IMG/VR virus record: IMGVR_UViG_3300044484_000087
Location: 1 to 63,199 of that record
Length of the DNA: 63,199 bases
Reading direction: 5' to 3' (one strand)
Source of the DNA: a virus
Taxonomy: Duplodnaviria; Caudoviricetes
Shown here: piece by piece, positions 26,421-36,034 of the stretch
Position numbering within the stretch: position 1 is the first letter of the stretch
How the letters are laid out: the number at the start of each line of letters is the position of its first letter
Position numbers and translations under genes: made by a program
The notes under the pieces: generated by a model
Seen by the model: the letters and a program-made list of their open reading frames with translations, nothing else
Told to the model about the DNA's origin: nothing
Database searches by the model: none

Positions 26421-28580
26421 TTACGCCAACACCATCGCGATGTACAGAGTGCCAACGACCGGCAACTCATCTCCCGCAAGAATCACATCGGGGCCTGTGA
26501 TATCCACGTCTTCAATCTTCTCATCCGTCTTGAAGATTTCGTGCACCAAACGCGACATCGGAACAGCCCCGCCAAAGTTCCACTCGTATGTGACGCCATC
26601 CTCCTTGAGTGCTTCCGGGCGGAGTATGAGCGCCAAACGGTTGATCACATCAGCCGCCGTCACGGACGCAGGCGCCTTGACCACGGCGTTCACGTCGATG
26701 GGACGCGGGACGTAGTTGACGGTTGTCACTTCTTGGTTGGCCACAAAGTGCTTGGGAACGGGCGGGCTTGCAAACTTGTCGCCGTTGAAGTACAGATCCA
26801 ACTCATCCAAGATGGCCTGCGGGACCGGGCCGCCGCCCGCGCCGACCACAACCAGCTTCACAGTCTTGGGACCGTAGCCCTCCTCAAAGTAGGTCGCCCG
26901 GACGAATGGCGAACTGCCATCGGAAGCCACAAACTCATTGGCCAGCGTGATCAAATCGTCAGGCCCGATGGCAACATCTTTGGTGCGCAGCGACGCGGGA
27001 CCGGAGATTTTGGCTGCTTCCAGGCTTTCCGGCGTGGCGCCTTCTGCCGTCGCCCACCCCGCGGCTTGACGCGGGTTGTAGAGCTTGGAAACGAACGTGA
27101 GGCCTGTCTTGTCGACTGTGATCTTGCGGGCGCCTACGTTGCCATCCAAGTTGGCGTCCACGCGATACTCGATGGAGATGTTGCCTTGGCCGATATCAGG
27201 GATTCTGCCCTTGACGCCGTCCCCGAACACGACCGTTGCCTTGTCGTTTTCTCCAAGCTCGATGCGATAGTGCTTGTCTTGAGACCCGCTGGCCAGGAAA
27301 TCCCGAACCCGGACCCAAGGCTCATCGTCCACGGTTACGATTTCGGAGCTGGCGATGAAATATTGGCGCGTGGTAACGAATCTCTGGTTGGGAGCGCCAT
27401 TGCTGGAACCCAACGGGTCGTCAGCCACCGTTCGCCCTTGTGTCACCTTGGCAGTCGCATACTGTTTGCCCGTGTCGATGCGCACCGGGCCGATGGTCGG
27501 GTTGGTGCCGCCCACGGACGTGATCGTGCGCCACCGCAACCAAAACGCTTCCACGTTGTTGACTGTGCCCTTGCGCCAATTCAGAAGCTCTGACTGTGGC
27601 AGAACATACTCCAGCTCGCCCGTCTGCGTCAGAGACAACGAGCCGTCTGTGAAGTCAATCCCCGCCGCTGCCATCTCTGTCCATTCAGACCCGATGCGAT
27701 AGTCGCTGGCTACCAACGATGGCACAGCTTGGCTGAGATAGGACGTGACGGCGATGTTGATCGAACCATTCCAGGTCGAAACAACATCCTCGTACTGGCC
27801 ATTTTCATTCGACTTCACACGAACGGTCGCGCCGGCCCGATTGAGCGCTCCCAACAGGCTGGTTAGATCAAACTGAAGCTGCCCGCCACCCAAGTCCACC
27901 ACAGCGGTAGGCTGGATGTCTTCAAAGTCGCCATCGTAAAACTCCCAAACGCCTTGAATGTTGGTTTGGGCGATGGAAACGATGATCTCCATCACATCCC
28001 ACATCACGCTGTCGTGCCCAAAGTACAGCTTGGATCCGGCCAAGTTGAGAATCGGCGCGAACGAACCGCCGTTGGCCGCCGCGGTGTGGTCTGTGAAAAC
28101 TTGGGACGGGGATTCACGAAACGCCGCCGTCAATTGATCTGTGCGGCTGATCGTCGTCCCTTCCAGCGCCTCGAAATCAATGGCAGGATTGTCGTCGTCT
28201 GCTTGGGTGGCGCAGCGCGACTCCGCCGGAACCAAGCCGTATGTCGTCGTGAACACCTTGGACAGCTCATACACGACGTCAACCACGGCCGGCGTGGCCG
28301 CGTCCAGTTCGTAGTCGATGAGCCGAAGCATGTTGCGAACAGTCTCGACCAACTGGGCCGTTGGGAGTGTGCTTTCATTCGCAACCAAGTCAATCAAGAC
28401 GTTGTTCTGGTGGCCGACCAGAGCGAACGCCCGAAGCAACTGAATGAACGGCTCGAAATCGCTTTCATCCGTCAACTCAGGGACGTTGGCGCGCTTGTAG
28501 CGGATCAACGCTTCCAGCAGTTGTGGGTAATAGAAGGCAGAAAAGTCGAATGACGGGATTTCGATTGTGCGCGCGGCCAT
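26421..28580 (-). CDS. Baseplate J-like wedge protein
   Basis: SDFEP..QLL..FA, LIDY, SNGAPNQRF, VVFGDG..GRIP, GNVGA, ESLE.AK..GP. Confidence 0.9.
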   Translation of the reverse strand: MAARTIEIPSFDFSAFYYPQLLEALIRYKRANVPELTDESDFEPFIQLLRAFALVGHQNNVLIDLVANESTLPTAQLVETVRNMLRLIDYELDAATPAVVDVVYELSKVFTTTYGLVPAESRCATQADDDNPAIDFEALEGTTISRTDQLTAAFRESPSQVFTDHTAAANGGSFAPILNLAGSKLYFGHDSVMWDVMEIIVSIAQTNIQGVWEFYDGDFEDIQPTAVVDLGGGQLQFDLTSLLGALNRAGATVRVKSNENGQYEDVVSTWNGSINIAVTSYLSQAVPSLVASDYRIGSEWTEMAAAGIDFTDGSLSLTQTGELEYVLPQSELLNWRKGTVNNVEAFWLRWRTITSVGGTNPTIGPVRIDTGKQYATAKVTQGRTVADDPLGSSNGAPNQRFVTTRQYFIASSEIVTVDDEPWVRVRDFLASGSQDKHYRIELGENDKATVVFGDGVKGRIPDIGQGNISIEYRVDANLDGNVGARKITVDKTGLTFVSKLYNPRQAAGWATAEGATPESLEAAKISGPASLRTKDVAIGPDDLITLANEFVASDGSSPFVRATYFEEGYGPKTVKLVVVGAGGGPVPQAILDELDLYFNGDKFASPPVPKHFVANQEVTTVNYVPRPIDVNAVVKAPASVTAADVINRLALILRPEALKEDGVTYEWNFGGAVPMSRLVHEIFKTDEKIEDVDITGPDVILAGDELPVVGTLYIAMVLA

Positions 28581-28583
28581 GCT

Positions 28584-28982
28584 CTATCCCTCGCCTGTCC
28601 CGGCGCGCTGCCGGTTGAACTTCTGCCTGAACACCTTGTCTTCGTCGCTCTCGATGTTCAGGTATTGGAACGACAGGATGAACTGCTGATTCTCCGAATC
28701 CTCTTGCCATCCTATCGTATTTGTCCTGAGCATGTAGCGTTTTTGTGCCTCGAAACGTCGGAAGATGTCCACGATGCGACGCTCGATGACGTTGCGAGTC
28801 GTGACATCGGCGATGTCGAAAATCATACCATCGCCAAGGCCGATGCCTTGCTGAAAGGCATTTTCGTTGTCATCCGACCCCAAAGCCGCCCGGATGGCCT
28901 TGAAGTCATTTTCATCCCCGCTGACCAAGGCTGCGCCGCCTCCAGGGTTCACTCCAACGGGGATTCTGAGACCTGTAGCCAT
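28584..28982 (-). CDS. Baseplate wedge gpW/gp25-like protein
   Basis: Size, position before J, and the G...IFD...I...FRRFE pattern. Confidence 0.75.
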   Translation of the reverse strand: MATGLRIPVGVNPGGGAALVSGDENDFKAIRAALGSDDNENAFQQGIGLGDGMIFDIADVTTRNVIERRIVDIFRRFEAQKRYMLRTNTIGWQEDSENQQFILSFQYLNIESDEDKVFRQKFNRQRAGTGEG

Positions 28983-28989
28983 TTCGTTC

Positions 28990-29352
28990 TCAATCAATCG
29001 GACAAGACGGCATCTCTGGAAGCGAGGGTAACGCCGGCAGCGACGGGGCGCCCGGCGGGAACGGGACGGGCAAGCTGAGGGTTGGAAGCGGGGGCAGCGT
29101 GATCACGGGCGGGGGCGCCTCGATGTCTGGAAGGTCGGGCAACGCAGGGAGGGCCGGAATCACGGGCAACCCCGGCGGGAACGGGACGGGCAAGCTGAGG
29201 GTTGGAAGCGGGGGCAGCGTGATCACGGGCGGGGGCGCCTCGATGTCTGGCAAACTTGGCAAACTTGGCAAACTTGGAATCGACGGCAACCCCGGCGGGA
29301 ACGGAAGCGGGAGGCTCAAGCTTGGAAGTGTTGGAAAGTTGCACTTGCTCAT
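28990..29352 (-). CDS. Pro/Leu-rich tandem-repeat protein (about 3 x 40 aa)
   Basis: 42 Pro in 120 aa by my count; ATGA overlap with the spike gene; Cys near each end. Confidence 0.75.
   Translation of the reverse strand: MSKCNFPTLPSLSLPLPFPPGLPSIPSLPSLPSLPDIEAPPPVITLPPLPTLSLPVPFPPGLPVIPALPALPDLPDIEAPPPVITLPPLPTLSLPVPFPPGAPSLPALPSLPEMPSCPID
29051..29330. repeat. 120-bp-period tandem repeat
   Basis: 29051-29130 is identical to 29171-29250; degenerate third copy from about 29291; GGCAAACTT x3 at about 29249-29275. Confidence 0.9.
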
Positions 29353-30269
29353 TGCGTAAAGCTCTTGAGGCTGAGCGTCCCTGCAAGCGCTGCCTGGAAG
29401 CTGGAAATGGCCGTGATCAACGCGGCTCCGCCGGGGTTCGGCCCGATGGGGATGTCAGCGCCCGCATACGTTGACAGCGCCGCCAGGAATGTGTTCAACG
29501 CTGCGTTGAATGTCGTGCCTTTGATGATGGCATCGACGGCAGGCGCCCCTCCCAGCTCGACTTTCCCCGCGTCCAACACGGCGTTCTTGCAGCTCACAGT
29601 CGCCCCCGCTTGGGCGAGGATTTGGATGTTTTGCCCTTTCATCTCAAAGACATTGGAATCTTTGCTGATGATGGCTATATGGTCGCCATTCGATGTGTAG
29701 GTATTGCCGTGCTGATCGATGATGCTCAGCTCGCCCGCTTCGTTGTTCAAGAAGATGGTGTGGCCCGTAGCCGTCCCGATGATGAGGCTTCCATCAGGCT
29801 CGATGCCCAAGAAGCTGTACTTGCCCTTTCCATCGGTCCATGAGCAACTCAGCTTGGCCTTCCCCGGGGTGTCGTCGAACATCAGGATGTGCCCCAACGG
29901 CGTAGCGAACCCCCGGCGTTTGCCGTAGTTGGTTGCCGTGAAATCTTCAGGAACCGGACGTGGGGTGTCTTGGCCTTCCACCTCTTCATTGGTCCAGTAG
30001 CGACGCCTCCAACGTGGCGCCAAGGCATCGATGGACGACTGCCCCATCTGCTCATCTTGGGCTGCGCCCGTCATCACTTCGATTTCCACAACTTCGCCAA
30101 CATCGGGAACGATGAACCAGCCCCACTCATAGTCTGGCTCTACCCACATCGGGAGCTCAGACTCATCATCCCCAAGCAACCCTACACAGGACACACGGAT
30201 GCGCCCGCGGCGCTGATCGTCGTCATTCGCCGTAACAGTTGCGGGGTAGCGCTCTGTGGTAACGCTCAT
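29349..30269 (-). CDS. Central spike, gpV/gp5-like (OB fold + beta-helix)
   Basis: YPATV..NDD..RRGRIRV...W..P...GWFIVPDVGEVV, TPLGHILMFDD; TGATG overlap. Confidence 0.85.
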   Translation of the reverse strand: MSVTTERYPATVTANDDDQRRGRIRVSCVGLLGDDESELPMWVEPDYEWGWFIVPDVGEVVEIEVMTGAAQDEQMGQSSIDALAPRWRRRYWTNEEVEGQDTPRPVPEDFTATNYGKRRGFATPLGHILMFDDTPGKAKLSCSWTDGKGKYSFLGIEPDGSLIIGTATGHTIFLNNEAGELSIIDQHGNTYTSNGDHIAIISKDSNVFEMKGQNIQILAQAGATVSCKNAVLDAGKVELGGAPAVDAIIKGTTFNAALNTFLAALSTYAGADIPIGPNPGGAALITAISSFQAALAGTLSLKSFTQ

Positions 30270-31624
30270 CAGCCACCATACGCCGGAACGCGGCGCCTTG
30301 CTGTGAAGTCCACCAGGTATCCACTTTCGTTGCACACGTGGCGGACGCGCGTGAACTCGTATTCGCCACTCAAGCTCTTGCCGATTCCTTCCAATCGGTG
30401 AATCTGCCGCGAGCGAAGCTGCTCAACGCCAATTGTCGTGCCCTCGCCGATGATGAAGTTCTGCCGATTCCTACGGAACCATTGGCGAGCCCAAGCCACC
30501 AAAGACGCCTCGCTGTAGAAGCGCCGGTTGGCGATCAAATCGATGCTGAAATCCTCCAAGAATAGCTTGATGGATGATGCCGTGGTGTGCTCTTTATCAA
30601 GAGCGTTGTTGGCGATTTCAAGCCCTGCCGCCCGCTCATCGGCCTCAAAGAACCCTTCCAACGGGTCGCCCTCGGCCAAGACTTGCGGGGCTTCTGTGTT
30701 GTCTTCTTCAAAGTCGGCCACGAAAATCTTTCCAGTCAGCGGGTCTTTGTGCCGAACCTTGAGCTTGGTCGTTGAGCCTTGGATGACGACTTCGGGATCA
30801 AACTCCAACAGCGAGCTGAAATCTCCAGAGTCGTAACGGAACGTGAACTGACGTGGGTTGCTGTCGCTCCGGGGCCAAACGTCTGCGGGCTTCAGCGTCT
30901 CAGGCTTCTTGAAGTGCAACGTCCAAACGCCGTCTGCATCGCCATCCACCCAGAACACGTAACCCGACAGATTGGCAATCCCCTGGATGAAATCGTAGTC
31001 GCTGAGCCCCGCCTTTTGGATGAAATCAAAGGGCTGATCGGGCGTATCGTCCACGTCCAGCTCAAACCCATAATCGCCCGCGCGCTCCCGTACAGCGTCG
31101 CTGAACTTCTTTTGCTTGAACACGCGCCCGCCTTTGTCCTTTTTCTTCTTGGACTTTTCCGGGGCATGATCCATCATCTCGCTGTCTTTGGTGTAAGCCA
31201 CAACATCAATCGTCGGCACGCCAGTTCCCGGAAAGTGGAACTCAGGGCGTCGAATGATTGCCGTTCCGATGTGTAGCACTTGAGAACCATAGCCCATCGC
31301 CACAGACACCGTATTCCCAGGCTGGAACAGCTTTGTGTCTTCAAGCGACAAGACGCCGCCCGAACCTGATCCCACGCCGTTGCCCGAAATCCCTCCAATT
31401 TTCAACGAACCAATCGAAGGTTGGTAACGGGGCGGGATGTACCGCGGGTTGATCACCGTGAACTTCAACGCATCGGCGTATCCATCCACAGACTCGTATT
31501 CAACAGACTGTACGAGCTGTCGAATCCCCAAAGGGATCAGGGCGCCTTGGATTTTGATGGCGAAGTTTGGCGCGTTGAACGCCACATCGTTAGGCGATGG
31601 CGCGTTGACGGTTGAAAGCGCCAC
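30269..31624 (-). CDS. Baseplate hub, gpD/gp27-like
   Basis: VAMGYG, IQ..LSDYDFIQ.IA..GY.FW, G.TIG...LR...LEGIG..LSG.Y...VRH...GY...F. Confidence 0.88.
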   Translation of the reverse strand: MALSTVNAPSPNDVAFNAPNFAIKIQGALIPLGIRQLVQSVEYESVDGYADALKFTVINPRYIPPRYQPSIGSLKIGGISGNGVGSGSGGVLSLEDTKLFQPGNTVSVAMGYGSQVLHIGTAIIRRPEFHFPGTGVPTIDVVAYTKDSEMMDHAPEKSKKKKDKGGRVFKQKKFSDAVRERAGDYGFELDVDDTPDQPFDFIQKAGLSDYDFIQGIANLSGYVFWVDGDADGVWTLHFKKPETLKPADVWPRSDSNPRQFTFRYDSGDFSSLLEFDPEVVIQGSTTKLKVRHKDPLTGKIFVADFEEDNTEAPQVLAEGDPLEGFFEADERAAGLEIANNALDKEHTTASSIKLFLEDFSIDLIANRRFYSEASLVAWARQWFRRNRQNFIIGEGTTIGVEQLRSRQIHRLEGIGKSLSGEYEFTRVRHVCNESGYLVDFTARRRVPAYGG

Positions 31625-32520
31625 TACCGCACCGGCGATGTCGAAGGTTGCAGAACGTGCGACACGTAGCTCTGGCTGTGGCGATCAAGCACACGCTGAA
31701 CCAGAGCTTTCTGTGCCGTGGCCTTACGACCGAATCCGCCCTTGAGCGGGATGGATTGCTGCGTCACTTCCTTGTCGCGAACGCCCTCGATGGAGGGGAG
31801 CTTGACCGTGTCGCCCTCTTTCAGCAACTGCTGCTTGGGGTGGTCCTTGCGAATCACATCGCCAAGCATCGGGTTGCCGTATTCAAAGAACGCCAGCAAC
31901 TCATAGTAATCACGTTCTTTCGCCCGGGCGTATCGGGTGTCTGTGGCGCCTTCATCATCCAAGCTGAAAGTCGTGAACTCTTCCAGATTGATGGTCAGCG
32001 TTACGTCACGGAACCCGCCAAAGTAGTTGGGACGCCCATAGACGATGTCCGACAGGCTGGTGATGACGCAAGTCATCTGGATGTGGCCGTCGCCAACCCA
32101 AAACTCCAAGATGGGAGGGCGACGCAGCGCAGGGTCGGGCTCGCACCACTTCTTCAGAGTGGCGAGCTTGCCCAGCGACTTGGATGTTCCAAGCTTGGGT
32201 GGATTGCCCAAGATGGGGCCGCCGCCCAGGAACGGGTCGCCCACGATTGAGTCTTGATAGAACCGGGCGCCGAAACTGAGCGTGCCATCCCCTCGGTTCA
32301 CGAACTGCTTGATGCTACGCGAGCGATTGAGAGCTGTGTGGCTCTCCCACGTCACGGGGATGTTCTCGGAAACCGCCGTGGCCTCAAACTGCCCCTGCAA
32401 AGTCTCGTTGGTGTCCAGGTTCCGGAGGTTCCAGACCCTGAAGTTGGGCATCAGAATCGATGCGCCGATGGCAACGGCTTGCCCGGCGGCTGCCAAACCT
32501 GCGTTCGGCGGGATGGCCAT
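31624..32520 (-). CDS. Tail tube initiator (gpU-like + LysM/tail-X-like)
   Basis: RPPILEFW.G, CVITSL, VTL...LEE, then LA..EYGNP...I...L..G...LP; follows the tape measure. Confidence 0.75.
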   Translation of the reverse strand: MAIPPNAGLAAAGQAVAIGASILMPNFRVWNLRNLDTNETLQGQFEATAVSENIPVTWESHTALNRSRSIKQFVNRGDGTLSFGARFYQDSIVGDPFLGGGPILGNPPKLGTSKSLGKLATLKKWCEPDPALRRPPILEFWVGDGHIQMTCVITSLSDIVYGRPNYFGGFRDVTLTINLEEFTTFSLDDEGATDTRYARAKERDYYELLAFFEYGNPMLGDVIRKDHPKQQLLKEGDTVKLPSIEGVRDKEVTQQSIPLKGGFGRKATAQKALVQRVLDRHSQSYVSHVLQPSTSPVR

Positions 32521-34904
32521 CAGCCCCTCCCGCCGGTCGGTGCGGCGCCTTGCTCAAGGGCGACTCGCCGTTGCCAGGGCTGGGCCTTGAAGCCCGCTCG
32601 CTCGTAAATCTCTTGCTTGTGCTTGGCTTGGTTCTTGGAGACTTTCTTGCCGTCCAACTTGACTTCGTTGGACACCTCGATGCAGCGCTTGTCTTCCAAC
32701 TTGACTTCCGCCTTGACTTCGGGCGGTTGAACTTGGGCCTGCTTCTGCAACGCCACTTGTTCGGCGGTGTTCTTGACCAACTCCTCACGCGCCGACTCTG
32801 TGGTTGGCTTGTCGGTTTCCGAGAACAGCTTGAAGTAGGGCTGCTCAGCGAACTTCCGCATCCCTTCCGGCACCAGGCCGCCCGCGCCGATGACGTCCGC
32901 AAGCTTGACCAGGGTTAGTACCAAGCCTTGGAGTGACGTCAGCAGGAAGCCAATCCCTACGCGCACGATGTGCTTGAGCATCGTGAACAGCGCGGTGAGC
33001 GGGATAGTGAGCAAACCGATGGCGTAGCCGATGCCCGAAAGGATGCCGCCAATGACGCCTCCCACGAGTTGGAAGATGGGGATCAAGAGCGGCGCCAAGA
33101 ACGCAAACGTGTCTTTGACAGTGTGGTACATGCCCACGAAAAACTCCGAAACGCTGGCGGCCAAATATTGGAACCCCTCCAACATGAACGTGATTCCGGG
33201 CCCTGCCCACTCGATGAGACTTGCCCAGAACGCCTCGATGTAGTCGCTCAAGAACACCCAAGCGACGACGATGGCAGCGATGGCAGCCAAGATGGGCAAG
33301 GCGAACGCTCCTGTGACGGCGCCGCCAATCATGGATAGCAACGTGAATGCCGCTGAGAACACAGGTATCACGACCCCCGTGATGAAGTAGAACAACCCTC
33401 CCAAGACCAACAAGACCGGCGCCGCAATCGCTACCGCGGCGGCAATCATCGTGATCATCTTGGTGGTCGATTGAATCCCCTCCGGGCCCGCCGCGTCGGC
33501 TTGCTCACCCAGGAGCTTGCCAAACTCCTGGCGAACCTTGATGATGGAATTGGCGACTTCATCCAGGCCCTCTTTGATTCCCTTGGCCACCGCCACCGTG
33601 GTTTGGCCGTATTCCTCGTTGGCCTTTTTCTGATCGAACGTCCCCTTGTTGAGCTGCTCCATCACGATGGAGATGTCTCGCAGCCGTCCCGCCCAGTTGG
33701 ACGCCTCATCTTTCATCGGCCCAAGGAAGGCTTCGCCCATCTCGATGGCAAGGGCGTTGGCAGCGTTCTTTGCCAACGTCATCTTGCCCAAGAATGTGTC
33801 CAAGCGCGTCTCAGCCATCTTCTGAGCGGCGCCCTCCGCCTTCCCAAACTCTTCTGTGAGTTGGGCGATGAGCGTATGAATCTTGCCAGTTTCCAACGCT
33901 TGTGAGAAAGCGTTGACAGCCTTCTGGCCGCGCAGCCCGAAGATTTCGCTGATCATCGTGGCTTTCTGCGTCTTGGAATGGACGTTCTTCAAGCCTTCGG
34001 CAAACGATGCCAAGGTCTTGACCATATCCAAGGAGCCGTCCTTGGTCTCGTAGATGGCAGCGCCCAACTGCTTGGTGAACTTGGCAGCAAGGTCGGTAGG
34101 CTTTCCAAGCTTGACCAGCATGTTGACGAACGATGTACCGGCCAGGGTTCCTTTCAAGCCAGCATCGCCCAAGACGCCAAGCGCAGCGGACACCTCCGGA
34201 AGCGAAATGCCCATAGCATACGCTTGGGGCGCCGCAAACTTCATCGCATGGCCCAAGCCCACGATGTCTGTGCTGGTACGTGCGGAAGTCAGAGCCAGCA
34301 CGTTGGCGACGCCGTTGGTTTGTGCCGCGTTCAAGCCCATCGAACGGATGGTGTTGCCAGCTATTTCTGCGGCCGTAGCGAGATCCATGCCTTCGGCCGC
34401 GGCCATCGCAAGTACGCCGCCGACTGAATCCATGATCTCTTGCGTAGTGAAGCCGGCGCGCGCCAACTCCAACATGCCGCCTGCAGCTTCCGTCGCGCTG
34501 TACTGCGTAGTCCTGCCAAGGTCTTTGGCTTTGGCGATGAGCGGCGCAAACCCTTCATCCGAAGTGTCGAACAAGACCGCACGAACGTCGCCCATGGCTT
34601 GTTCAAAGTCCGCTGCCTGCTTGATGATTACGCCCATCCCGGCGCTTACCGGGAGCGCCATCAAGCCGGCAGTCCGAAAGGCGGAGCCCAGTTGGTTGGC
34701 GGCAGAAGCCATCTTGCTGCCAACGGTTCCAAGCGTCTGACCAAGCTTGCCAATCGCGCCGTCCAGACGCGAGGTGGAGGCAACGGCCTTGTCTTCAGCC
34801 TGTGAAAGCTGTCCAACGGCGCGCGACGCTGCGCCCATGGCGCGGATGGCTTGGGCAGACTCGAAAGTCAGTACAGCTCCCAGCCCTACCCTTTCCAACG
34901 CCAT
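32520..34904 (-). CDS. Tape measure protein (TP901 family)
   Basis: ADFEQAM..V.AV, AK.LG.TT.YSATEAA.GM..LARAG, L.DAGLKG..AGT; hydrophobic C-terminal half. Confidence 0.95.
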   Translation of the reverse strand: MALERVGLGAVLTFESAQAIRAMGAASRAVGQLSQAEDKAVASTSRLDGAIGKLGQTLGTVGSKMASAANQLGSAFRTAGLMALPVSAGMGVIIKQAADFEQAMGDVRAVLFDTSDEGFAPLIAKAKDLGRTTQYSATEAAGGMLELARAGFTTQEIMDSVGGVLAMAAAEGMDLATAAEIAGNTIRSMGLNAAQTNGVANVLALTSARTSTDIVGLGHAMKFAAPQAYAMGISLPEVSAALGVLGDAGLKGTLAGTSFVNMLVKLGKPTDLAAKFTKQLGAAIYETKDGSLDMVKTLASFAEGLKNVHSKTQKATMISEIFGLRGQKAVNAFSQALETGKIHTLIAQLTEEFGKAEGAAQKMAETRLDTFLGKMTLAKNAANALAIEMGEAFLGPMKDEASNWAGRLRDISIVMEQLNKGTFDQKKANEEYGQTTVAVAKGIKEGLDEVANSIIKVRQEFGKLLGEQADAAGPEGIQSTTKMITMIAAAVAIAAPVLLVLGGLFYFITGVVIPVFSAAFTLLSMIGGAVTGAFALPILAAIAAIVVAWVFLSDYIEAFWASLIEWAGPGITFMLEGFQYLAASVSEFFVGMYHTVKDTFAFLAPLLIPIFQLVGGVIGGILSGIGYAIGLLTIPLTALFTMLKHIVRVGIGFLLTSLQGLVLTLVKLADVIGAGGLVPEGMRKFAEQPYFKLFSETDKPTTESAREELVKNTAEQVALQKQAQVQPPEVKAEVKLEDKRCIEVSNEVKLDGKKVSKNQAKHKQEIYERAGFKAQPWQRRVALEQGAAPTGGRG

Positions 34905-34912
34905 CGTCCAGC

Positions 34913-35119
34913 CTACCGTTTCTTTTTTGGAGTTGTGCGCTTGATCTCTGCGTTCTCTTTCTTCAGTTGATCACGCAAACGCCTCAAGTGCCACAGCCGC
35001 TCCTTGCTTAGCATATCCTGGATGGCGAACCAGTCCATCCCTTTCATGCTGTACGTGAGAGCAAACTCTTCTTCCAACAGCTGCTCCCAGCTGGCTATTG
35101 GGAAGAAGTGGAGAAAAAA
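34913..35119 (-). CDS. -1 frameshift extension of the tail assembly chaperone (gp51/gpGT-like), absent from the ORF track
   Basis: Open -1 frame from slippery T-TTT-TTC (35119-35113) to TAG at 34913: FFLHFFPIASWEQLLEEEFALTYSMKGMDWFAIQDMLSKERLWHLRRLRDQLKKENAEIKRTTPKKKR. Confidence 0.75.
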   Translation of the reverse strand, partial: FFLHFFPIASWEQLLEEEFALTYSMKGMDWFAIQDMLSKERLWHLRRLRDQLKKENAEIKRTTPKKKR

Positions 35120-35958
35120 CTGTCGTATCTCCAGTCAATCGGAATCAACCGTTTCTCTGCAAACTCGCAGTTCCGACACGGGACGCTGCCGTCCAACTCC
35201 AAGGCCATGTTCGGCCCAAGGAAGTTCTTGTCAGCCAACACGGTGATCTTCTCCAAGTCGTACTTGCTCAGCTCTTGGATTTCGCTCCCTGTGAGCACGG
35301 CTTGGGCGACTTCGCCGTTGGCCGCGACGATGGATGTGATCGACCCCAAGATGGCCACTTCCTTGGCCGCGCCTTCACTGGGGTTCCCGGCGATGGACTC
35401 CATCGCGGCCCAACGAGCGGGCCCGCATACGAACGCCACGACCTGCTTGCCCCGGATGTTGATCGGGTGCTTGAGCTTGTACGTGAAGCAGAACGGCTCC
35501 AAGCTGTCGGCCGCGCGCACCTCGATGGTGTCCAAGTCCGCGATGAACTCAAACTCCTTGCCGCAGCGGCGGCAGCTGATCTTCGTGGGCAACTCGTTGC
35601 CGATGGCTTCCCGCCGCAGGTACGTGTAGATGTAGAACACGTCGCCCATGTGCATCTGTGACACGATGGCGCGACGGGCCGCCGACTCCTTGAAATCGGG
35701 GCTGTCGAAATCGTACTGGCCGATGGACGTGCACATCGTGCTCAGCACCATCGAAACGTACTGAGCGAGCGAAGCGCCTTGGTTGTCTTTCTTCAACCGC
35801 GCCAGCTCTTTTTCCTCTTTCATCCGCCACGGTCGCACTCCGAACCCCTTGGAATACGCACCGTTGGCGTTGATCAGACCCAGGGGCATCGTCGGACCCT
35901 GGGTCTTGAGCGCCGACTTCGTGAACGTCGGCCCTTTCGGTTCTGCTTGGTCTGTCAT
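35095..35958 (-). CDS. Tail assembly chaperone, T4 gp26-like
   Basis: VRPWRMKEEKEL, GDVFYIYTYLRREAIG...CRRC, second CxxC near the end; between tube and tape measure. Confidence 0.75.
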   Translation of the reverse strand: MTDQAEPKGPTFTKSALKTQGPTMPLGLINANGAYSKGFGVRPWRMKEEKELARLKKDNQGASLAQYVSMVLSTMCTSIGQYDFDSPDFKESAARRAIVSQMHMGDVFYIYTYLRREAIGNELPTKISCRRCGKEFEFIADLDTIEVRAADSLEPFCFTYKLKHPINIRGKQVVAFVCGPARWAAMESIAGNPSEGAAKEVAILGSITSIVAANGEVAQAVLTGSEIQELSKYDLEKITVLADKNFLGPNMALELDGSVPCRNCEFAEKRLIPIDWRYDSFFSTSSQ

Positions 35959-36034
35959 CTTCGGTTGCCTCCAATCGACCCGAAATGGGCCTTGTTAGGT
36001 CTACCGGGACGGGCCGTTGACGGGCCCATCGGTA

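Noticed and set aside
29051-29330. Diversity-generating retroelement TR/VR pair or CRISPR
   Set aside because: The copies are tandem, in-frame and identical over 80 bp with no adenine-specific differences; no reverse transcriptase is seen.
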